DNA of 64,000 bases from Trichoplax adhaerens (Eukaryota > Animalia > Placozoa). This document shows, one piece after another, positions 13,140 to 25,330 of this stretch. A program made the position numbers and the translations under genes. The number at the start of each line of letters is the position of its first letter. Position 1 is the first letter of the stretch. The stretch is from assembly GCF_000150275.1 (NCBI RefSeq), contig NW_002060944.1, positions 3,200,152 through 3,264,151 on the forward strand. Direction: 5' to 3'. Under the pieces are notes generated by a model. It did not search any database. It was not told where the DNA came from and saw only the letters and a program-made list of their open reading frames with translations.

Positions 13140-13880
13140 TTATTCAAGTACCATATTATTTTCTAGTCTTACTGCAACATAGTGTAAAGTTATGAACCAA
13201 ACAAACAGTAAATTAAAATAGGGCATGATGATTTTCTACGTATCACAATTCAACAACTACATTGCTACCAAAATAGTACCTTTATAAAATGCATTCCTAA
13301 TTTTCTATCCATAAAAGTGAGATGAAACTTTCTTGAATGTAAATGATCTGCTCGAGCATGCTAGTAGCAAGAGAATATCAATATCGCCATCAAGAAAGGG
13401 TAATACTCGTATTCCTTACTAGCACTTTATTTTTAAATCTAAACCAATTAAATACCGCTTTATGCTTTTTAATATCTGCCAATAATATCTAATGTATGGC
13501 TTTGGCATAAGGACTGCAAAGGCGTAGAGTTTACAATGGAGGTAATTTAGATATTTGCTTAGCTAAAGTGATCAATAAGTTTGAGAGCAAATATTTCTTA
13601 CCTGCGTTTACGGCATTAAATTATTCTCAGCTACAAAATGGTGTATAGCTATTAACCAAACTAAATTAAAATATTGCATGATGATTTTCTACAGGTACAG
13701 TTCAATGCATCGCTATCAGAATAGCATCTTTATAAGTATATTCCTATCTAAAAGGCTGTATCATAACAATAAACTTAAAGTTGAGAGTAAACATTTCTTA
13801 TCTGCGTTCACTACATTAAATTATTCTTTTCGCTGCAAATTGATGTACAGCTATTAATCAAACTAAATTAAAATGGCTTC
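13140..13880 (-). repeat. Three decayed copies of a signal-peptide-like first exon plus upstream block; further copies at 15692-16020, 16610-16980 and 43060-43430, and the upstream block at ~26290-26430
   Basis: Minus-strand MPYFNLLFVWFITLHYVAV (ATG 13226), MQYFNLVWLIAIHHFVA ending cag|gtaag (13602-13679), MHYFNLSLVWFITLYHFVV ending cag|gtaagg (15692-15786). Shared CATCAAGAAAG-like core at 13388, ~15946, 16911, 26371 and ~43349. Confidence 0.6.
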
Positions 13881-14647
13881 TAATTAAAGAATACTTGAGG
13901 CTTTGAATCAAAACAAATTTCTTTAGCATTAATCTATTTTACGACTACGATAGCAATCTAAATCGATCAAGATTTCTACAAAATATGTGCAAGATGTAAT
14001 AATAAAACTATGCCTCCAATTGATACTGTATTGTAGAGTTAAATCGAGTAGTAATATAGTAGAAGAAACCAGATAGACTTTAAAAGAAATCATCTATGGT
14101 AACTTTGTATTCATGGAGAATTATTTACCTTATGGCAATCTTTACACTATATCGCTTAAAGTCTCATGTATCAAGCAACATTATTCTATCAAGGGCAGAT
14201 GATAATACGTTTTATGAAGCCAATTTTTATGAAAAGCTCATTTCTACGACGAAATCATAAGATTAGAAACGAAATGAAATCTAAGTTTTTCTATATCTCA
14301 CATAATTCATGAAGATGCAAAATACTTTTTTTCGATTAAGCTCTATCCAGTATTTATCAAGAATGCACAAGAATATATTTTAGGTCTATCATCAGGTAAC
14401 ATAAACAAAGTAAATATCGCTTGGTTAAAGTTATTCAGCAATAGTCAATCTACTTTTAATCCCATCATTTGGTAACTTAATCTATCGACCATGGACTTGT
14501 AATTACTGTATCCAGTAAGCGACTACGGCCCTATTCGACTCGTATTGTAGAAGTCGCTCTCTTCCATTGCATTCTACTTGAAACGAGGCATGGTCGATTT
14601 CAATCTAGGCTAAAGCATCCTTGACATTGTGCTTGAGTAGTCTATAG

Positions 14648-14974
14648 TACCTTCCATTCGTCTACGCTTCGCTTCTGGAACTAGCGACAGAGGTCGTTTG
14701 GAAGTCTTTTACAAATAAAGATGGGAGTATAGAGTGCGATGACAGTTTCGATATCAGGAATGCTCGTGTAGTCTGCGGGCAACTTGGCTTTCGTGATGCA
14801 AAATCCTATCAGTGTTGTGCTAAATATGGTAGAAGAAATGATGCAATCTGGTTTGATAACGCCCGTTGCAACGGCAGCGAACCTTCCATAGCGGCTTGCA
14901 GACATAACGGATACAGACGCCATAATCGTAACCACGGTGAAGACGTTGGCGTTACCTGGCGGCCAAAATATTAA
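14648..14974 (+). pseudogene. Degenerate SRCR exon (not in ORF track)
   Basis: PSIRLRFASGTSDRGRLEVFYK*RW / CDDSFDIRNARVVCGQLGF..YQCCAKYG..IWFDNARCNGSE..EDVGVTW; in-frame stop, frameshift, two Cys lost, no 3' donor. Confidence 0.9.
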
Positions 14975-15786
14975 TGGCTGGCAATGTGCCCTTTCCATCT
15001 TACTGGAGAATTCAATCTGTCCACTTATCACTTTGGTATCAAGTAGTAGAATCATTCTTGCGCTTGCACGAATCCATGACTTTGCTCGATCACTCCATCC
15101 TCACTCTTGACGGTGGCCATCTTATACAACTCAAATGGACAGCTCTATTCGCAACGACAGTCTCTTTCAAATCAAGCGCCATCCATACAAGGCTAACCCA
15201 CCTCAGTGGCACATTATGGACACTATTCCTCCAGTTCGATCTTGTACCAATCATAATAAAGTAAAATTTATATCATCATTCACTAGTGTACGCTTTCAAT
15301 CAAAGTAGGACAGTAACATGGACCACAATCAATATCTTCAGTCAAAATAAAAAATGCATGTAAAATTGAGAATGAGCTGACGATCTTTCCACAATCATCA
15401 TCCAACATCCATGATGGTTATTCCAATTTCCAAATCATCCAAAATTGACCAATGGCTTCATCCTTTTCCACTTCTTCCATGGTGTTATGCCGTGGTAGAT
15501 GATCCAAATCATCACGCAAAGCCAATGAGCCAATCAATCTTTGCAATCGCCAAGTTAACGAAATTACTTTGTTGATTGCATTCCATCCAATCGTCAGCTT
15601 CTTCATTATTCAATGTGTACTGCATGCAAATTGATTTAATAGATTTGATTAGCTAAAGTAATAAATAAATTTGGCGGCAAAAATACCTTACCTGCATCTG
15701 ACTGCTTTGTACCGTATTATTTCTGGTCTTACTACAAAATGGTATAAAGTTATGAACCAAACTAACGATAAATTAAAATAGTGCAT
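14975..15786 (-). pseudogene. Decayed secreted/membrane protein gene (signal exon + large exon 2), tentatively ZP-domain-like; paralogous to 42375-43200
   Basis: Exon 1 at 15692-15786, acceptor at 15620. Fragments MECNQQSNFVNLAIAK, LDDDCGK, VHLSCIRWP, KVISGQIEFSSKM. Colinear nucleotide similarity to 42480-42950. Confidence 0.4.
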
Positions 15787-16060
15787 GATAATTTTCTATA
15801 TATCACAATTCAACAACTGCTGTACATCGATACCAAAATAATACCTTCTTAAAATGCATTCCTATCCATAAAATGGAGATGAGAAAGCCTTGAATCTAAA
15901 TGATCCGCTCGAATACGCTAGCAGTACGAGAATATCAATATCGATATCAAGAAAGTGCAATATCCGTATTTATTACTGCACTCAATTTTTTAAATCCAAA
16001 CCAATTAAACACCACGTTATGCTTCAATGTCTGCCAATAATATTTATTGCATGGTTTCAG

Positions 16061-16517
16061 TGTGATGTTTCGGAAGATTGTGGATTCGTCATGATCACAG
16101 TAAATTACCAGAGTTAATTTAGTAGAGGAATAGAGTTTATTGGAATTAGTGCAAAGGAAAAACCGTATGAGATTACAGCGAGTATAACGACGTGACTAGT
16201 CGAATAGCTATAGTAATGTAGCATAGGTAAAGCGTGCAAGCTTACCGTGTAACTAGCAGAACTAACTAACGAGATAGGTGAAAGAAGATAGCTTTTATAA
16301 TGTATGAAGCACAGCAGGAGGAAATCATAAATGACTAATAAGAATATGTTACTTCTATGTTAAGACAGGGCTACGATATAATTCAGCTAGATTCAAAGCG
16401 ATTTCCACAGAGTATTTTGTTAATATAAATTATACATATTTAGAGTTATGCTACAATCTAGTGGAAATTGACTTTTACTAAAAATAGACTATACCGTATT
16501 TAGAAGTAAACACTACA
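16061..16517 (-). mobile_element. Solo LTR (457 bp)
   Basis: TGTGATGTTT...AAACACTACA termini; 5-bp TSD TTCAG (16056-16060 / 16518-16522); paralogous empty site at ~13497-13515; minus-strand AATAAA ~75 nt from the end. Confidence 0.88.
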
Positions 16518-18127
16518 TTCAGCATCAGGACTGCAAAGGTGTAGAATTTACAATGGAGTTAACTTAGATAGTTGCTTAGTTACAATGATCAATAAACTCG
16601 AGACCAAACATTTCTCCTCTGCGTTCACTACATTAAATTTTTCTGTTCGCTTGCAAAATGGGGCACAGCTAGTTCCTAGGTACAGCTATCAACCAAACTA
16701 AATTAAAATTCTACAGGATGATTTTCTACGTGTCACAGTTCAATAAAAAACATGCATCGCTAACAGAATAATATCTTTATAAGTTTTATCCATTAACAGG
16801 CTGTAGCATATCGTAAAATGAAGATGTGAAAATTTGGGGGTATTCAATAGAGGTAACCCATCAGAATCATCTGTACGAGTATATTGATACTAATAGAACA
16901 TTAACATCGACATCAAGAAAGGACAACACTGGTAGTAATTACTCGCACTGAACTTTTAAATCTCAACAAATTATATACAACTTCGTCGGCTAGATACCTA
17001 TTAATAATTATTATATAATCCAACAGATTATATAAGATTTATACAAGTAAACTTTTACATATTCTTATATGATTTCGAAATAATGACTACAAAGACGGAG
17101 AGTCTATAATTTAGCTCATGAAATGCCCATTGCCCATCCCATTTCCAAATTACAGTATACTATTCGAACAATCTGGCCTATAAAATTCATGTATAATGGA
17201 CTAGGAAATACTAATGTCAGCTCGATGGAAATTCCATTTTCTTTTTACTACACAATATTAAATATAATTATCGCCTTCGCTTCAACGTCTTAGCATATCG
17301 CTAGGCTTACTAAATAGATTTCGCTATTACTTTAATCAAGTTGAAAGATAAAATTATAGATTATAATTACATTGCTACATATGTGTAAGTTCGAAGAAAC
17401 CTTTACAACTAGATCAATAACACCTGAATGTGGCGTCGCTTGAGCATTTTGTTAACTGAATAACGAGTTCTTAAACTGTATTGTTTTATTTTAGTTTTTC
17501 CTTGTCGTTTAACAACCATGATTTGTATCCAGCCATAGCCAAATATTCAATTTTATTATATATGACTGTAGTATAGCTGTTAGATAAGCTATTGTTGTTA
17601 ACATATTATGTAGATGTGAATTAGATATAACTTAAAAAATAATACGAACATCTAGAGCTGTTGGCAATAAAAGGTATATATAAGAAATGTTTGTGAAAAT
17701 TCAAATCTGGATTTCAATTTCGTAGAATATGATACTAATCATACAATTTTATTCTCATATATAGACATAAGTTTTTATCGCTTTACTTAGAACACATACA
17801 AAGAATAAGATTACAGAATTCGTTATACCATATACCATGATAGTCCCTATAATAGCAAAGGACTACAAAAGTAGCGAAAACTCTAGCTGCCATAAGTATT
17901 TAAACGTGATAATTATATTTGTGATATATTGGGAAAGGCTGATAAAGTTCTCTAAGTTACGAACAAATTAGAATGGATATGAGTATATTAAAGATATTCA
18001 ACAACTACAATAAAATCTTAACCCTATACTACGTCATTTCTTTTAATTCTTTTCTTGTTAGTCACTCTGTTAGCTGTCGTAAAACAATTTTAATTTCATC
18101 GTGGGCGTAATCTAGTCTTTTAATTTA

Positions 18128-19017
18128 TTAGGTAATTTTGGGGGTATCTTTCGGTCCATCTTTACCAGAATCCGTTTTGTTATCGCAGAGACTTAACTTT
18201 AATATTTGCAGGGAATAGCAACGCAAGGATTCGAAATCCTTTATCTTACATAATCGATTTTGGCTCGTATAGTTTTTGAGGATATCGAAATCTAGTCTAT
18301 TCAGTTCGTACTCTTCTGAATTTGATTTAAAATTATTGGATGCTTTGTAGCCATAACAAGGATCAGCTAGCAATGATAAATTTCGATAGCCCCAGATTTT
18401 TTCATAACCTGTAGAAGCATCTTTTCGATCGCATGCTTTGCCTTCACCTATTAAGCTGTCATTGATAACAGGTACATAGCTTAACAATGTACCACAACTA
18501 ATTTCGTATTTCATTTCACGATATTCGATCAGTAATAGTTTAGAAGATTTCTTTGACGCTCCTTCGAATACGCCAACGACGAATTTTCTGGCTAAATCTT
18601 CGATATCGATAAGAGAAGTTTCCTGGCCTTTGTAGATTTGAATTTTTGATATGTAATTCAGAACTCTATGAATAACGGTATTGGCCAAAATTTGCAAATT
18701 ACCAACTGAATTAGTCTGTCCAAGCGCAATAATCTGACGTTCCAACATTCTACACACATCGCACACGATTAAAGACATTATTGGAAGAATTACTTTATGA
18801 TATGGTAGTAAAGCATTAGTTATTTTAGCTGCTTTATCCTTTGCAGATTTGCTTTTGACCTCGTAAGCGTCAAAGGATAACAGTACTAATCCAATATCCC
18901 CTGTGGACACCGATAATGCAATTTCTGGTTCGAGGAAAGAGATAGTCGGTTTGAGAAAGTCAGAAATAGTCTTCTGGAAGTGTTGAACAGACTTATCCGC
19001 GTCTACGTCTTTATCAT
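18128..19017 (-). CDS. Intact ~295-codon terminal exon, helical domain of unknown family
   Basis: The ORF-track 260-aa ORF extends upstream in frame (DDKDVDADKSVQHFQKTISDFLKP...) to an acceptor at 19018-19019; no stops. Confidence 0.65.
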
Positions 19018-22000
19018 CTTTAGAAATAACAGTATATAATGTATATTTTCAATAAATCTTCTTATACACATAATCATAAAATCTTTAAGAATTTGCCCCT
19101 GGATAGTATTGAAATTTTCGAAGGCAGGAACTGTTTCCGAGTCATGGCCATAATCTTGTTGTTCCGATATAATTACTGTTTGTCTGAAATTTATTCCTAT
19201 AAGAAAAGTATCTTATATCATAGGAGCTCTTATAACAAGAGAGGTAGGATTACGTTCAGATTTCACTAAGAAGAGTATACGCTATTAGAAATTTGTGCGT
19301 AAGAAAATTGGGCAGTGAAAGGCTACAGTATTTCTGGAATCTATAGTGCTTAATCTTTATAAAGTAAGAACAGGTATTATTACAAGAATGGTCATTATAA
19401 GCTGTTTAAGTGTTCATTATTGCAGTGTATTTTTTAACTTAAAAATCTTATTTACGAAATTTAGACTTTGATTTGACCTGCTGTGATATCGAAGGACTCA
19501 ATCTGCTATGCATCGAAGGCCTCGAACGCCTGATGGGCAATATAAGAAAATAATTACAAGATTCGCTATTGGCTGCTATGCTACGTAAGATGACGTCAAT
19601 ACTAAGTATAACAAGCTGAATTAATTCTGTCTTTCCTTTCATAAGAATTTATTTAACATTGTAGTCCATTGATAGAGAATTTTCATTAGAGTGAATAGCT
19701 AGCTGAAAAACCAAAGCTTTTTCTGAAATATTTATATCATACAGAAGTATGAAATTCAGTACAACGCTTTGAAACAGGAAATGGTATAGAATATCTAGCA
19801 ATAATTCAGGCTCCGAGAGACGACAACATTTATTTGGAGTACAGTATTATGAATTCAGTATGAGTACGAGTATTGCAAGTCAGAGATCCGCTACATATTC
19901 TAGCGCCTGATGGTTCTCAAATTTATTGCAATTTAATGTACAATATACTAAATTATATATAGAAATCTCTATATTCAGATAGAGGGTATTAAACGTTTTG
20001 TACGGAAAAATTAAGGTACACTTCTAAGCTACTTTAAAATTTGGGCGATAATGCTCGGCCCCGCGGGTTGTGTATATGCTATATATATACAAATGCCATA
20101 CAGAATCTCGTTCTAGAGAGTACTGAAATATTTTTGTAAAGGTCTCGTATTCACAGCTATGTATCTGTTCATATTTAATGAAGGTACAATATTAAATACT
20201 GAGAAATGAGACACGGACGATCAATGACTTTATACCGAATAATAATTTTACCTCAAGTATGTAACTATCGTCAATATTCTTAGTTACGTAGCTGCAAGGA
20301 GAATGTCATTAACACAAGCCAATCTACACTTAGTGTCTCCATGGTGCTCCTTGGGCGATTGGCTAGTGAAAATTTATCTTTACACTTATGTATTTTAACA
20401 TTCTGTACTTCTACAGAATCTTGGATATCATGCCACTGGATATTACGTCCTTGGTTCGTTAAAATAAATCATAAAGAGCAAGAATTTAACACTACTATCA
20501 GTCCAATTGAAATATATCCAAGTAACTTACCTTGTAAACTGTATTCATATATGCAATGTTTATGCTTGTACTCAAAGACAAGCAGTTGATTAGTGCTGGG
20601 AATTAATCGTACAACTTGACACCGATCGTGACATGGTAATCTTGTATAGGATTGGACTAGACCATTTTCAACCCTGAATACGACTATCTAAAGAAAAATG
20701 AATGAGTTGTATAAATAATACTAAATTTGTTGATAGAGGCAGAAATATGGCAATAAACAAGTTTTTAATGCACACCTTGCTTATTGTACATAAATCAGGA
20801 TCAAGAACGATAAATTGTTGGTCATTAGATACGGAAATGCAATCGCTATCTTTCATGAATTGTATTTCTGTACCAAGTTCGCCAAGTTGGTCACTTGATA
20901 TAGAAATAGAAACGCTGTCTGTCAAGGATTCTTCGTCTTCTGATTCAGTACTATAATCGCTATCTTCAGCAAATTTCTGGATATTTGATACAGAAATACT
21001 ATCGCTGTCTACAATATCATGCCATATCGGCTGAAATCGACTTGAAAATTCAGTAAAGTAACCATTGCTATCGATATCATCTTTATTCATATTGATCAGA
21101 CCGAGTACGCCCTTGAAGTCATTTTTATACGACTTGTATCTCAAAATTATAAATCCAGCATTATTGTTGATATAGTTAATACAGCGTATTTCCAGGCCAT
21201 GCTCAAAATTGTCAGTAGGAATATAATGATTATCTTTGCTATATATGCAAGCAGGCACTTCGATTGATAGAAGACAAAACCATGGTTCTAATTCCATAAC
21301 TTTAGATTTCCCCAATACAAACTTTTGATATCCATTGAGTTTTATAATAAAAGAATATATCATTACTTAATTTTCTTTACAGTAACTGAAATCTTACTTC
21401 TACATAACATTTTCTAGTCAAGTTTCCTGTATTCTCAGCTCTAGCAGCAGAACTCTTGTATTTTTTCTACCAAAAAAGGAGCTGGCAATTGCCTTGGCTC
21501 ATAATCCATTTACAAGAACTTATCTCGTATTCGCATGATATTTGCTTATTTGTAGGTAGTATTTGATTATCTTTAATCTCCAAAATGTATGAGTATATAT
21601 GCAAGTATAATATTCGATCGCATTTCTTCACAATTACTTTCGCAGCCGAGTTTATTTATTTAATCTAATTCATTTCCTACATACCCTAACTTCGTGACTG
21701 CCATATGTCATCACCATAGAACACTTGGGCATCGCAGGGCAAAATTGCAAATGATGGAATTGATTATTAATGTCTCCTTGTTGACTATTTCCGACAAGGT
21801 AGATTTGTTCGCTTTTATCAACATTGTAAACTTTAAATTCCTAATATAATAATATATTAATAAAGCGGTCATCAATTAAATACTATCTACTTACATTATT
21901 TGTAAGCAGTATTTGATTATCGCTAATTTCCAAATCTACGAGTATACACGAGCACAATATTCGATTACACCTAATTACTATCATTTTTCTCTCAAAATTA

Positions 22001-22791
22001 AATATTTAATCTAACTCATCTGTTATATACCCTAACTTCTTGCAAACTATATGCCGCCATAATATAATCTTTGAAAAAAGTAGGGTGAAATCGGAAATTA
22101 CGCAGTCGATTCTCTATTTGCATGAAGTTAGTTTTCTCGTTATTAACAGGATTGTAACCTATATATTTCTAATGAATAAATGCGACAATATAGTGTTACG
22201 GAGCTGGTTCTATGTTATTTTATAACATGTTATAATTTAGAATTTATATTAATGAACTCATCTAAGTTATTATTTGTGTCTAGACTTAATTACTTAGAAA
22301 GTGCTAATTATTCCACCAATATCTATTTATTAAGTAGCACGATTAATTAATGTTGTTTACTAAGGTGTCATTAGAGCTGCTAAGATTTATTTGCTTACAG
22401 TAAGATATATATTATTTTACTGTACTACGCATCTTTAATAGTTTTTGGCATTAAAATGTGATCACTATACTTTTCTTAGGTGGCGCTTCTTTATCGGTTT
22501 CTTGATCTAATTTCGTATAAAATGAGTTCAAGATATTATTCAAATAATTTATTGAAGAGCACTTCAATAAAGCTTAAATAAATTTATGTATATATTTAAG
22601 GTAGACAAAACTTGTACTGAGTATAGTTAACAATACTAATACTACTAGCATTATTTTATGGAAAATTGAGATTTTACTACCTACATTCAGATACTAGTGT
22701 ACTATCTTTGAAAATTAAGATCTAAGAAATAACGTAAGTAGGAAATATAAAATCATGATATGTAGTCAATGTCAATGTACAATAAGCTTAC

Positions 22792-23092
22792 TCTCTCTCC
22801 AGGAGTAAGCTTCACTTTCCAACCTTCGGCCAAGATTATGGATACATGGTACATTAATTTCTTTTATGAGGCAGCAAAACTGATAGAAATTGTCATCACT
22901 GCCGGACTCCAATATTTTTAAGAATTCGAAGATGCGTTGTTTATCATCACAGCAGTCTTTCAGTTTATCAATATCCTTAAGCGATATTTATTTGTATCCT
23001 TCGTAGTTCATATAAAATCGTTAGTATTGGCAGGTTGTTAATCATAAGCGAATAATTTTTCTTGATCACTTTTTGGATATGCTTGCTTAAAA
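22792..23092 (-). pseudogene. CARD (death-fold) exon with a +1 frameshift
   Basis: LSKHIQKVIKKNYSLMINNLPILTILYELRRIQI/ISLKDIDKLKDCCDDKQRIFEFLKILESGSDDNFYQFCCLIKEINVPCIHNLGRRLESEA. The exon is 301 nt between ag and gtaagc, i.e. phase 1-1 if one base near 22989 is removed. Confidence 0.75.
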
Positions 23093-23944
23093 CTATATTG
23101 TAAACTAAAGTTATAATTGTATATCGTGACAATTTAAACTGCAGCTAGCAGAAACTTGCTAGAAGAAGTAGGAGAATAGCAAATAGGTATGTCAGAAAAC
23201 TACAGTTATAGTACTTCTACAGTACATTTACAAGAGTTGCATACATTACGTAGTAATCGTATATATCCACACGGAGCCAGAATGAAGAGCGAATACAATA
23301 ATAGCTGCTGCAGTTTATAGACATTAGAATGGACAACATTAACATTACATGACAGCCATATAAGGATTGATAAACAATACGATGAATCAAAGATAGCCAT
23401 ATATGTACGTATGTAAATCGTACGATGATTAGTAAATAACACTTCGAATTTAGATAGCCGGCTGCAGTTTATAATTTACATTCCGGATTGTCAGCCAGTG
23501 TACAGTACAGATAACATCTGGCTTGGTACTTACTAAAGTAAAAATCATAATATTTGCTGTTTACTTTCACATATCCATCTAAAAGCAGAAGCCTTTTATG
23601 CAGAGTGTGATCAATATAAGGGAGACTGCCAGTGGATGAAATTATTTGCTAAAGAATTGGAATACAAGCTTCGAATCTACTGCTACTGTAAAATAGCAAA
23701 TATGGCACTGAAATCTACTATATTCCGGGACTGTGCTGTACTGCTAACTGCAGTCTGCTACTGTGCGTACCCATATGCAGCAAGATCACCGCTATATCTA
23801 AAGGAAACGTCACCATCTGATGTCGATGTCATTATATTTCAACTTGAAATGCGCTAAGATGCTATAGCGGGCTTCCCGATATTGATTTTTAAATCGAAAA
23901 TATTTACGCTCCATTTTGAGAGTAATTCTCCATATTAATATAAA

Positions 23945-24598
23945 CTAGTACAAACTCACGTCGCTTTGCTGACGCTTTACGATAATGTACTTATTTGTTA
24001 ATAATTAACAGATAGTATTACCATTCGACACTATATATATCCCGGTAATAGCCAGGCACTACTATATTCAGAGCTATGCTTGTAGAATACTACTTTTCAA
24101 TAATGCATTCGCGGATGAAATGCTATATTAAGATTAGTTAATGGTCCAAAGCACATTATGATAACTAATGTACGGTGATGGACATACCAAGTTAAGATTA
24201 GCAGGTACCGTAAGATATCGACAGTGCGGTACAATGTCTTTAGTACTGTGGTCAATTCTACTGTATACCAAACATTATAATGTGTCTAAGGATCGCTTGC
24301 GTATGCAAGCAAAGCTAACCGTTATAAAAAAATGTAAACAATCAAAATGGCTGTGTAGAAAACTCTATAAAGATTCTAGGTTTATTCAATTTTCATCAGA
24401 GTATTACATCAAATCAAAATTTAAAGGCCCAGTGGCCACCCTTAGCGATATAACGAATACTATTTTAAAAATCAGTACTCTGCAGAAATAACTACCTTAG
24501 AGCTATTCGTTTTACATGAAGAAATCTTTAGGTAAAAAGTACTGTAAGAATCTTATACTGACCTATTGAAATGAACCCATAATCAAAGTCATCTAACC
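23945..24598 (-). mobile_element. 5'-truncated non-autonomous Helitron-like element
   Basis: High similarity to 35973-36542; minus-strand 3' end is hairpin (CGTCAGC-AAA-GCGACG) + CTAG followed by T; flanked by a ~60-bp direct repeat (23882-23944 / 24600-24662). Confidence 0.7.
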
Positions 24599-24807
24599 GT
24601 TGATTTTTAAATCGAAAATATCTACGCTCCATTTTGAGAGTAATTCGCCATATTAATGTAAATTATACGTATATTAAATTATCTAAGCGAACCTACGACT
24701 ATATATATGTACAACATATTTTAGGCACAACTGGGTGTGTGAGCTCGGCTAGTTGATTAATAATCGCGACAAGGTTAAATTTAAATTTAGGGAAATATAC
24801 AGTAGAT

Positions 24808-25330
24808 ACCTGGATATCTTTCATTATGCCACGCCTAAATGACCTAATAATCCAGCGATTAATTTGATAATCATAAGAAATTGTAACTCGAACAATAAAG
24901 GCAACTATACTAATCACCTGAATTATTGCAGAAAATCTTCTACAACTGTAAGAAATTTGCATCTATTAATATTTGTAGGTAGTACATGTAGTTTGAAACC
25001 CTAATGCATTATGATTATGTCTCCTTTATTATCGTCTTGAATTCAATCATGTTAGAAATCTTTTCGGAAGGGCAAAATTCTCGTATTGTCTTAGAAGTAT
25101 TTGGTTAGATTTGTTCCAGAATTTCGATGACCTTATAGTTACTGAGTTTCTTAATTTGAGATGACTAATGAAATTTATTTTACATTTTAGTTTTAGAATG
25201 CTATGGGCAACAATATCTGTAAGAAAACTTTACGCCATCTTCTAGATTATGTATACTGCTCGTAAAGATTGATACCGTCATCTAGAAGTTATAGTAGATC
25301 GTATCTGAAAATTCGAAATATGGTTCTTTC
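24808..25330 (-). pseudogene. Decayed exons, possibly the ZP-C-like and transmembrane end of the minus-strand partner gene
   Basis: Fragments LLDDG, DGVKFSY, ILKLKCKINF; then an ag/gt-bounded exon with hydrophobic VISIVAFIVRVTIS. Multiple stops and frameshifts. Confidence 0.25.

Larger units (their letters stand above)
18128..23092 (-). pseudogene. CARD + beta-propeller-like (NHL/WD-like) + unknown C-terminal domain gene, with disabling lesions
   Basis: Minus-strand exons include 22792-23092 (CARD), ~20776-21360, ~20531-20687, ~19456-19722 (in-frame TAA ~19650), ~19070-19196 and 18128-19017. Some internal exon joins are unresolved, so a single gene is inferred. Confidence 0.55.

Noticed and set aside
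14681-15055. 124-aa minus-strand ORF
   Set aside because: Mostly the antisense shadow of the SRCR pseudo-exon, joined across a breakpoint.
14975-15350. Chromodomain/Gypsy integrase reading (GQIEF/VRWKGH after a frameshift)
   Set aside because: It needs a frameshift. The segment follows a spliced signal-peptide-like exon and is colinear with 42480-42950, which fits a decayed host gene better. Not formally excluded.
24168-24491. 107-aa ORF, and 36014-36283(-)
   Set aside because: Both lie inside the Helitron-like repeat; frames are not conserved between copies and there are no Rep/helicase motifs.
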